Source: a virus
Length of the DNA: 64,000 nucleotides
Strand: one strand, 5' to 3'
IMG/VR virus record: IMGVR_UViG_2902495512_000001
Shown here: positions 55,852 through 64,000 of the stretch, piece after piece
Position numbering within the stretch: position 1 is the first letter of the stretch
Layout of the letters: each line of letters opens with the position of its first letter
Translations under genes and position numbers: made by a program
Notes under the pieces: generated by a model
Told to the model about the DNA's origin: nothing
Seen by the model: only the letters and a program-made list of their open reading frames with translations
Database searches by the model: none

Positions 55852-58629
55852 TTACTTGGTTAACTCATCTGTCACATTAATGGTACCGTTCGTCATAATT
55901 CCTTCAACCATTCCAACATCACGGAATCTACGCACCGTGTCGCCACCATCGACGGTCCAGAGATAGATTGGATATCCTTTATCCGCAATCTTCTGAATAT
56001 CATCAACATTTAGTCCAGCGCTTTGACTTGCAATAATTTTATTGGTGTCCGTCTTCAACGCTGCCATTTTAGTAAAGTAGTCATCAGTAACATCGCCACC
56101 TAATAACTCATATTGACCGTTGGGTTCTAACTCCATCATCGGTTTAAGCCAGTCCCAACCGAACGCTTGCCAACCAATTCGATCGAGCATATTGTATTTG
56201 ACCACAATGTTATGGAGCATTTGTACTTGTTCTTGTGTGAACGCGTATTTAAACTCAATATGGATAAAAGCATCATTATATCGTGCAAGCCTTACCAGGT
56301 CCTCAAATCGAAGCAAAGGTTCACCCTTAAATCGACTTCCTTTAATAATACCAAAATCGTAATTAGCTAAGTCAGCGTAATTAATGTCTGTCAAATTTAC
56401 AGTGGTAGATAAATCTGTGCCGTCCAGGTTCTTGGCTGTTCGATTAATAGCCAAATCATGAATCATCATTGGCACATTATCTTTAGTCCAATTAATGTCG
56501 CCTTCCCAGTGATAGTAGCCATTTTGCTTGGAAAGTAAGTAGGCAGACTTACTTTCTTCCGGGGCAACGGTGTTGAACCCACGGTGATTAATTCCGATGA
56601 TTTTAGCATCACGCGCGTTCACTGTCGCGTTACTCTTAAAGGAGGCGCCTTTAATGGTAACCGGGAAATTTGCGGTTACTAAAACTTCATTGGCCACCGT
56701 TTTACGAATGGCTGCCAGTTCAGTCCAGCCAAATGGTAATTTAGTGTCCCAGGAAATTGTCTTCATCTCCATCGTGGCTAGATTAACGATGAAACGTGCG
56801 CTACTCCCAGTTTGGTCACTCACAATTTTTGCACCTTTTGGGAACTGATAAAGCTTGTCATCGCTATAAATAAACGCCTGATCGGTATAGCAATTAAAAT
56901 CGAGAACATTGGCGACGGTATCGTAAAATGGCGCACCATCCTTTGAAACAACGAAGTCTAAATTGGTGCGGCTTACCGTCGGGTCGATACCGTCAATGGT
57001 GTAAGGAAAGTCACCAATGACAATTGGATGATTGCCGTAATTCATTAACACCGAAGCAATTACGACCGAGTAAGGTGCAACTTTTTCCGACCAGCCAATA
57101 ACCTGACCGATTTCCTTCTGAAAATTATAAACGATTCGCAGTGTGTTTGCTTCCATCGCTGTACTAGTGGGTAATGCCGTTGTTCCTGCAGGAATAGCGA
57201 TTCCACGTTCTCCGATAAAAAGTGTAGCAGTAGTTGATATACCGCTTGAGAAGTCAAACACCCGAGTGGTTGAGTTGAAGTTTGGCATAGCCTTGCTCGA
57301 AGGGCTAAATTGCACATCTGGTGTCAAATCCCATTGGTCAACTTGTTTGCCGTCAATTGTGATGCTCATGGATCCAGACCAATACCAACCTTTATCGCTT
57401 TGACGTAAGCCGCCCAAAATTACCTGTCCACTCTTCAAAGCTTGGTTCCAACCGATAAACTCAAACGACAAAGCATCCATGTCATAAATTAATTTAGTCG
57501 ATGTTACACCGCCAACGGTAGTGTTATTTTTGACCGTCGTTTGCTCCGGAACGGTAACCGACTTGTTTGACACCATGAAGTAAGCCGAATCCGTGTAGCA
57601 GTTAAAGTCTAAGATCATCGTGTTTGTGTCGTAATTTGGAATTCCGTCTTTTGAAGGGATAAAAATCGGCGTTTGTGCGTTGTTAGCGAGCATTGAAACG
57701 TCCACGCTGCCAGAAGCAATTTGGGTGCCTTGATAAAGCCCACCATCAACCCATGTCCCATCAGGTCCCCACATCCATTTATGACCAGCATCAATCGTTA
57801 CAAAAACACCATCATGGCCATTTGGATAAGTGGATTTTAAAGTTGTAGCATCAGCAATGGCGTGCGGTTGACCACCGTCAAAATTCGTAAAGCCGCGTTC
57901 AATCATGTCTACAACATCTGAATTTTTGGGGCGCTGATTGATTTCACTCATTAGACTTGTATTAATATCATTAATAGCTTGTTCCAATTGTGAATTTGTA
58001 GCAATATCACTCGACTTAATTTTAGCCTGCAGGATATCCAACTGACTGATCATCTCTGTCAGATGGTTTGAAGCATCTGAACTTAAGCTGGCAATCTTAT
58101 CAAGCTCGGATTTAAATTCGGCATTATACTTGCTATTAGTAGCAGTAACAGCCTGTTGAGCTGAATCTAGTAGTTTCTGCAATTCCGTCCGGAACGGTGA
58201 CTTATTGACAAACATGTCCGGGTTACTATTATAGACGTGGAACCAGACATTGAACGTTGTCACCCGCTTACCGTCAGCATTTTGCAACCCCAAGAAGCCA
58301 TAAAAATAGCCTTCCTGTGGAAACATGGTTCCAGGAAGGTTCATCTTAACTCGGCCTAAGCCAATAATATCATCGCTGGTCCCCACATAGCTAACTGCTT
58401 CGCCAGTATCAGCGGTCACCTGGTTGTTTTCGTCAAGGCTACCCACGAAGCCAGTTAAAAACGGCGCTAACCCATCTTCAAATTGTTGTGCTAGCCCCCG
58501 CTCTTTAAATTGAACAACCAATGGGACTTGTTCATCGCCTACTCGGCCGTTAAAGCTATCACTCAAATTAAACGCATCACCTGAACCAATTTGTTGCTTG
58601 TACGTATCTAATGTAATTGTACTAATCAT
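55852..58629 (-). CDS. BppU-like RBP with GDPD (repeat copy)
   Basis: Identical to 13888..16665. Confidence 0.85.
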   Translation of the reverse strand: MISTITLDTYKQQIGSGDAFNLSDSFNGRVGDEQVPLVVQFKERGLAQQFEDGLAPFLTGFVGSLDENNQVTADTGEAVSYVGTSDDIIGLGRVKMNLPGTMFPQEGYFYGFLGLQNADGKRVTTFNVWFHVYNSNPDMFVNKSPFRTELQKLLDSAQQAVTATNSKYNAEFKSELDKIASLSSDASNHLTEMISQLDILQAKIKSSDIATNSQLEQAINDINTSLMSEINQRPKNSDVVDMIERGFTNFDGGQPHAIADATTLKSTYPNGHDGVFVTIDAGHKWMWGPDGTWVDGGLYQGTQIASGSVDVSMLANNAQTPIFIPSKDGIPNYDTNTMILDFNCYTDSAYFMVSNKSVTVPEQTTVKNNTTVGGVTSTKLIYDMDALSFEFIGWNQALKSGQVILGGLRQSDKGWYWSGSMSITIDGKQVDQWDLTPDVQFSPSSKAMPNFNSTTRVFDFSSGISTTATLFIGERGIAIPAGTTALPTSTAMEANTLRIVYNFQKEIGQVIGWSEKVAPYSVVIASVLMNYGNHPIVIGDFPYTIDGIDPTVSRTNLDFVVSKDGAPFYDTVANVLDFNCYTDQAFIYSDDKLYQFPKGAKIVSDQTGSSARFIVNLATMEMKTISWDTKLPFGWTELAAIRKTVANEVLVTANFPVTIKGASFKSNATVNARDAKIIGINHRGFNTVAPEESKSAYLLSKQNGYYHWEGDINWTKDNVPMMIHDLAINRTAKNLDGTDLSTTVNLTDINYADLANYDFGIIKGSRFKGEPLLRFEDLVRLARYNDAFIHIEFKYAFTQEQVQMLHNIVVKYNMLDRIGWQAFGWDWLKPMMELEPNGQYELLGGDVTDDYFTKMAALKTDTNKIIASQSAGLNVDDIQKIADKGYPIYLWTVDGGDTVRRFRDVGMVEGIMTNGTINVTDELTK

Positions 58630-58908
58630 TTACTTGCCCTCCTCAGTGTCTACTACTTTGCCATTAACAATTTGAATCGGTACATCATAATTTGACAAGA
58701 TATTAACGATTGCTTGCGTATTCGTCTCGCAGACATTTAGCTGTTCAGACATATCATCAAATTTATTTTTAAGATCATCAGCATCTATCTTATCCAAATA
58801 TCGTTGTATAATCTCAAAATTAACAGCCAATTTTTGATACCAATTATGGTCTAACGGAATTGTTGATAATTCATCTGTCGTTAAATTCTGTTTATTATTG
58901 TCCATCAT
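58630..58908 (-). CDS. Tail-module hypothetical protein (repeat copy)
   Basis: Identical to 16666..16944. Confidence 0.7.
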   Translation of the reverse strand: MMDNNKQNLTTDELSTIPLDHNWYQKLAVNFEIIQRYLDKIDADDLKNKFDDMSEQLNVCETNTQAIVNILSNYDVPIQIVNGKVVDTEEGK

Positions 58909-59152
58909 TAATCACCTTCTTCCAACTAACAACACCATTATTATCAATCGCTGGTTCCCAAACGGTGCCGTCTGGGGAAATTAATTGATTACTAGCCTTA
59001 AAAATTGTGTCAACTTCTTCTTTTGTATAAAAATCTGTAACATCGATAGTTGGCTTATTGGAAATATCTTCCCACTTGATTGGAAACCGATTATTAATAT
59101 CACTAACTGTATCAGTTACTATTTTTACTGCGTCTTTTAATGCAATACTCAT
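58895..59152 (-). CDS. Tail-module hypothetical protein (repeat copy)
   Basis: Identical to 16931..17188. Confidence 0.7.
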   Translation of the reverse strand: MSIALKDAVKIVTDTVSDINNRFPIKWEDISNKPTIDVTDFYTKEEVDTIFKASNQLISPDGTVWEPAIDNNGVVSWKKVINDGQ

Positions 59153-60330
59153 GAAATTCCACCCAATTCGTTAAGTTTGTCGATCGTATCTTCATCAGTG
59201 ATTAGATCACCATTTTGCAGTTCACCTAACGCTGCCTGTAATTGAATCATTGTTTTATCAACGTTAGCATGAGCATTAACAATGTGTTTAAACATGGCAA
59301 CATTAATATCATTGACAGCCAAACTAGCATTATCAAACGTAATCGTTGGCAATGAAAACTGATTAAACGGATTACGTTCATAACCGTTAAGCGCCACATT
59401 CGTTTGCCAATCGAGGTTAGGCATGATTAATTTTACTGTTTCACATTGCCTAATAACAACATCCCAAGCGGTAGTAGTAAGTGTTGCAATTGGTTGTGCT
59501 TGAACTGTTTGTTGAGCATATTCAGTCATAGATCCTTGATCAGTAAAACGCTCATCACTGAGGGGATCACCACGTTGCAACCCCCACTTTTTCACACTGT
59601 CATCATCACGATAAGTGAAATCAACTTGATACTTAGTTTGTGAATCGTTAGTGCCACTTCCTTGATCAATTGGCTTGCCCAAACAACGAACTTCATTAAC
59701 TAAGCTAGTTGTATCAAGTGACAATTTAACATCTTCAACATCATGTTGGTAGAACAATGTATCGATAACCGGTTGCTGTTTTAGATATGTTGCACTATAA
59801 AAGGTGATTTGTTGATTATCAATAATATAACTGGCATCAAATTTACTGGTATAATCTTGCATAAATTTATTGAATGATGAATTACCAAGATTTTCAATTT
59901 GAATTTTAGGAAAATCACCAATAAATTTAGCTGTTATCCCTTGGTCGTTATTAGCGAGCATAAAATTGACTGCATCAGCTAATCCATAGGTCAGTGTCCC
60001 AGTTTTAACATTATTCTGGCGTGCGTTATTAGCCAAGCGATAGAATAAGTGACTAGCTGTGACTTCATAAACAGATACTCCACCAGAAACTGTCTTGGTG
60101 CACTGTGTAATAACATAGCTTTGCCCGTCATATTGAATGACATTCTGTACGTCTAGCAGTTGAATAGCATGCTCGTAAGCCAAGCTATCAGTAATGGCAA
60201 ATGTCACTTGCCACTTCTCGTTGACCGTCCAAGATTCTTTAAATGTCTCTTGCAAATCAGGTAGTGGCAAACGTTCTCTTTGCTGGTTAAGCCGATCACT
60301 GATAGTTAGCTTTGGATATTGAATCATCAA
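59149..60330 (-). CDS. Tal (repeat copy)
   Basis: Identical to 17185..18366. Confidence 0.75.
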   Translation of the reverse strand: MMIQYPKLTISDRLNQQRERLPLPDLQETFKESWTVNEKWQVTFAITDSLAYEHAIQLLDVQNVIQYDGQSYVITQCTKTVSGGVSVYEVTASHLFYRLANNARQNNVKTGTLTYGLADAVNFMLANNDQGITAKFIGDFPKIQIENLGNSSFNKFMQDYTSKFDASYIIDNQQITFYSATYLKQQPVIDTLFYQHDVEDVKLSLDTTSLVNEVRCLGKPIDQGSGTNDSQTKYQVDFTYRDDDSVKKWGLQRGDPLSDERFTDQGSMTEYAQQTVQAQPIATLTTTAWDVVIRQCETVKLIMPNLDWQTNVALNGYERNPFNQFSLPTITFDNASLAVNDINVAMFKHIVNAHANVDKTMIQLQAALGELQNGDLITDEDTIDKLNELGGIS

Positions 60331-61223
60331 TTTAGATACTTGAAATAAAAGCTAACAGTACAATTCAAATCTTGACAACCAGTAATCTTGAAATGATTGT
60401 TACCGCTAGCTAACCGGATAATGCCGTTGTCAGTATTAATTCCAGCTACTTGCCCATTAATTTGTGGATTTACGCCAATTAGATTAAACGTATCACCCGT
60501 TGTTAATGGCTTCGTACATGCAATCGCATCGCCAGTCGTTGTGTTAGTGATTTTCGGTGAACCAGTACCGGTCAGTGTAATATCAAGATAATCGCCCTGC
60601 ACCAAGGGATCAACTGGTAGTTCACCAATATTATTGACATCAAATTCAGCTGTGTTGAATACATAATTTACTGTATCAGTCGGTAGCCCTAAGCCTATAT
60701 TTGGCATCTCGTTAATATGAGTTGACGGCATAATGCTTTGTGCAACCCCAGTAAAGTTATTTAATGTGACAGTAATCATCATCATCTTGTCACCATAATA
60801 TTCAGCAGTAATTGTCTTTTCACGAACGTGATACATGCGACCACCACCATTGTCAAAAGCAACCCAATAATTATGACGTCGAATTAGAAAGTTTGACAGT
60901 GACTGGAAAGCTAATTTTTCATCAGCATCGCCGTGGCAATAAGCAATGAACTTCAAAACTATATCACGTTGATCCAAGCGGCTACTAGCAAGCTGTTGGC
61001 CATCGCGCGTACCTGCAGTTCGATAGGTATCGGCGATTACTGGTGGCAGCCAATCAAAATCAACTAGATACACGTTGCTCAAATTTTGATCATCAAAAAT
61101 TGATTGCCATGTTTGACCATCTTCACTCAAAGCGAGTTCAATTGGGTCAAAACCCAACGGGTTCGTATATTCACCAAATAAATAAGCGTGCGGTTTATCC
61201 GTACGCTCTGAAAATACTTGCAT
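60327..61223 (-). CDS. Dit (repeat copy)
   Basis: Identical to 18363..19259. Confidence 0.75.
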   Translation of the reverse strand: MQVFSERTDKPHAYLFGEYTNPLGFDPIELALSEDGQTWQSIFDDQNLSNVYLVDFDWLPPVIADTYRTAGTRDGQQLASSRLDQRDIVLKFIAYCHGDADEKLAFQSLSNFLIRRHNYWVAFDNGGGRMYHVREKTITAEYYGDKMMMITVTLNNFTGVAQSIMPSTHINEMPNIGLGLPTDTVNYVFNTAEFDVNNIGELPVDPLVQGDYLDITLTGTGSPKITNTTTGDAIACTKPLTTGDTFNLIGVNPQINGQVAGINTDNGIIRLASGNNHFKITGCQDLNCTVSFYFKYLN

Positions 61224-61232
61224 ATTAACCTC

Positions 61233-64000
61233 CTAACTGTTCTGCATTCTAAATGTCTGAGCATCTTTTTGACGCAACTTAGCAGCCAAATCGTCTAATA
61301 ACTCCGGCTTCTTATCAGCAATGATTTGCAACAACGCATTAGCTTGCCGCAATAATGAATTAGTCTCAGCATTATCGTCTTCGTGATTGCTATTAGCTTG
61401 ATTTGAGACGGGTTGAGCACGCATAGTTGTGTCCATTGCCTTAGCCAACAGTGGATAAGCCGTAACATCATAAGGATTAATCACAAACTCATGGTGTTGG
61501 CTATTATCGCCAATGATCGCAGTTTGCTCGTCAAAGACTTCGCCACCATGGGCAAATCGACGACTACCTTGTGGGCCACTATGCAGCCAATCAATCTTTG
61601 GGACACCCCAAATAACGGTATGACCAATACTGTTTCGCCAATCAGAGTTATTAAAGAAAGCTAACAACTCATCGAGTGGATTCATTCGATTAGTATGCCC
61701 TGGCATCGCGAAAGCAGCAAATGTTCCTGGTGTATATTGCAAAACACCACCGGCTTCATTACCCCCACTATTAACATCATGAACGGTTTGAATAACAGAT
61801 CTACCGCCAGATTCATTCATGATAGTTGCTTGCAAAAGATCACTGAACCCTGCTGGAAGACTATCAATGCCCATCATCTTGGCGGCTTTCTCGATTAAAC
61901 CTGGATTGTAGTGACCAGCCTTGCCATCTGATACTTCAAGCTTTTTCTGGGTGCTTTTCAGCATTTCCTTGAACTTATTAACTGCTATGTTTGATAGCTT
62001 GCTAATGGCACCACTAGCTAATTCGCCAAAACTGGCTGCCCCTTTAAATAAGCCATCAGTAGCTTTATGAAGTAGTTTGGAAATATTTCCAAGCGGATCT
62101 TTGAGAAACTTTTCAACAGCCTCTGTCTTGTCACCAATCCATGAGCCAATGTCAGATAACTTGCCCTTAGTCCAATTAATCGCATCGCCAACAATACCAC
62201 CGTGTGCATAATGATCAACGCCGGCAGACGCCATAATGGCAGCTGTTTCATCGCCATTATATACTCGTGTACCAACAGGCAAAGGTAGCACTGCATTACG
62301 TTGATGTGTCATCTTGAGCTCACCAGAAGGTAGTTGTAACAGTTCCTTCCAGTTCTGACCGGCACCATCGTTAACCATAGATAGACGAGTATGCACGATA
62401 CCACCTTGAGCAAATTTAACTGGCTCTAAATGGTGAATGCTGGTTTTGTGACCAGTGAAGAATTTCCAAACTGTATCGATTGCGTCAACACCGGCATTAA
62501 TAACACTTAAAACGCCGTTAATGCCATCTTGTGCGGCATTCTTGATACCTTTCCATACGTCACTGAAGAAATCTCCTAATCCGTTCCACATACCATGCCA
62601 AACGGTGCTAATTGCATCTAATACTGATGAAATTACATCGTGCATTCCGTGCATATAAGCTTTAATTGCTTGCGACAAGGCTTTCCAAATATCTGAAAAG
62701 ATGTGTTTAATATCTCTCCAGACTTTACCCCAGTTACCATGAATAATATCAAGGACAGTTTGAATTACATCAGAAATAACGTGCATTGCCCCGATAACTA
62801 ATGGCTTAATCACATTCCAAGTAGATCTGACAATCGTGCTAATGACATTCCAAGTGGCTTTCCAAACAGCTTTGATAATAGCCATTCCGGCTGATATAAT
62901 CCCCTTAATTACAGCCATACCAATATCAATAATCGGCTTAATAATCGCCCAAGTTTTTTTAACTTCAAACGATATAAGTCCCCAGGCAACATTCCAGACC
63001 GCTTTTACTACAGCCATACCAAGCTTAATAACTTGCTTGACCATATTAATCCCAGCAGAAACCACTGGCTTAATTTCTTTCCAGAACGCTTGAATAGATT
63101 TAATCGCTGATTTGAAAAACGGGCCAAAAGTCTTTTTAATCCACGCTACAGCATCACCAAGCCACTTAACAACATTCCTATACCAATCTTTGATTGTGTT
63201 AATAAGCCCATTTACGAAATCACGGAACTTTTTATTATGATTATATAACTCAACTAAAGCAAATATGATTGCTGCAATAGCTGCGATCCAAATGCTGAAA
63301 GGCACCGCTTTTAGTGCTGCTCCAAATGATGATAGAACACCAGAACCACTCTTTAATGAGGCCGTGAACTCTGTTACTGGCTTACCAAGATTCTTTAGAC
63401 CGTCAGTTATTTTTAAATTATCGTTAACCGACTTGATGCCACCAACGAATTTGCTGATATTTTTCAAAACAAACGCTCCAGCTAATATTTTGCCGAACGT
63501 TCGAATAGCTGGTCCATTGTTTGCTAATGATTTTAAAGCACCGGCTAGTCCGCCTACAGACTTTGATGCATCTTTACTATTATTTGATGCTTTACCAAGT
63601 GGATTAACTAAAAATCCGAGCACTGAAACCACGTCATTAATAGCAGCGCCCACAACTTTAAAAGCAATAGTTAGGCTGCTCTTGACAATGCTGCCAAACG
63701 CTTTGATATTGCCAGCATTTTTAGCAAGCCAAGCCGAAAGTTTGTCGACTGACTTACCAGCATTTTCAACCATCTGATTTAGGGAGTTTGTAAAGCCCTT
63801 GCCAGTGAAACTATCGCCAGCAAAAGCTTTAGTAACCGTAGCGAATCCTTTACTTACCTTGTTACCTAAATCTTTAAATAAATTCTCGGTATGAGTTTCA
63901 GAAACCCATTTAGAAATGGTACCGAAGATTGGATTTTGCGCTTTTAGTAGCGGTTGTTCAATATCACCTAATAGTTTAGGCATTTGTGCTTTAACCGTCC
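61233..64000 (-). CDS. Tape measure protein (repeat copy, 5' part beyond the window end)
   Basis: Identical to the 3' part of 19269..23195. Confidence 0.9.
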   Translation of the reverse strand, partial: TVKAQMPKLLGDIEQPLLKAQNPIFGTISKWVSETHTENLFKDLGNKVSKGFATVTKAFAGDSFTGKGFTNSLNQMVENAGKSVDKLSAWLAKNAGNIKAFGSIVKSSLTIAFKVVGAAINDVVSVLGFLVNPLGKASNNSKDASKSVGGLAGALKSLANNGPAIRTFGKILAGAFVLKNISKFVGGIKSVNDNLKITDGLKNLGKPVTEFTASLKSGSGVLSSFGAALKAVPFSIWIAAIAAIIFALVELYNHNKKFRDFVNGLINTIKDWYRNVVKWLGDAVAWIKKTFGPFFKSAIKSIQAFWKEIKPVVSAGINMVKQVIKLGMAVVKAVWNVAWGLISFEVKKTWAIIKPIIDIGMAVIKGIISAGMAIIKAVWKATWNVISTIVRSTWNVIKPLVIGAMHVISDVIQTVLDIIHGNWGKVWRDIKHIFSDIWKALSQAIKAYMHGMHDVISSVLDAISTVWHGMWNGLGDFFSDVWKGIKNAAQDGINGVLSVINAGVDAIDTVWKFFTGHKTSIHHLEPVKFAQGGIVHTRLSMVNDGAGQNWKELLQLPSGELKMTHQRNAVLPLPVGTRVYNGDETAAIMASAGVDHYAHGGIVGDAINWTKGKLSDIGSWIGDKTEAVEKFLKDPLGNISKLLHKATDGLFKGAASFGELASGAISKLSNIAVNKFKEMLKSTQKKLEVSDGKAGHYNPGLIEKAAKMMGIDSLPAGFSDLLQATIMNESGGRSVIQTVHDVNSGGNEAGGVLQYTPGTFAAFAMPGHTNRMNPLDELLAFFNNSDWRNSIGHTVIWGVPKIDWLHSGPQGSRRFAHGGEVFDEQTAIIGDNSQHHEFVINPYDVTAYPLLAKAMDTTMRAQPVSNQANSNHEDDNAETNSLLRQANALLQIIADKKPELLDDLAAKLRQKDAQTFRMQNS

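Larger units (their letters stand above)
41965..64000. repeat. Direct repeat of 1..22036 (second pass of the phage genome)
   Basis: Every ORF in the track recurs with an identical translation at +41964; the start (gctctttttt) and end (ttaaccgtcc) match 1 and 22036. Confidence 0.97.

Noticed and set aside
127-64000. Numerous short opposite-strand or overlapping ORFs in the track (e.g. 11704..12024, 21301..21813, 22621..22980)
   Set aside because: Shadow frames of well-supported genes, with no RBS or motifs.
41965-64000. Duplicated genes as a gene-dosage adaptation
   Set aside because: Apparently exact identity over 22 kb at genome-length periodicity is better explained by circularity, a concatemer or assembly.

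Overview
The window holds one complete ~41,964-bp temperate siphovirus genome of a lactic-acid-bacterium host (Lactiplantibacillus/Lactobacillus-type, inferred from protein families), followed by an apparently exact second pass over its first 22,036 bp (1..22036 = 41965..64000). No host chromosome is present: the integrase joins the lysis-end cargo through an att-like region, so this is an excised circle, a concatemer or a wrapped assembly. The minus strand carries the replication, packaging (TerS/TerL, SPP1-like portal), head, tail and lysis modules. The plus strand carries the lysogeny module (ImmR/ImmA-like switch, DNase lipoprotein, mscL, ABM protein, integrase). Two different IS30 elements flank an AT-rich HTH-peptidase cargo. 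The most unusual signal is RNA. Between the DNase and the integrase lie five tRNA-Gly-like cloverleaves with intact acceptor, D and T arms whose anticodon arm is replaced by 35-44 nt carrying anti-Shine-Dalgarno-like tracts. They are interleaved with small ORFs missed by the ORF track, including two paralogous 58-aa proteins, and two true tRNAs. A second cluster in the late leader has tRNA-Asn, tRNA-Trp, an anticodon-less tRNA, an expanded Leu-like tRNA and spacer hairpins. All calls are by eye; no searches or folding programs were run.
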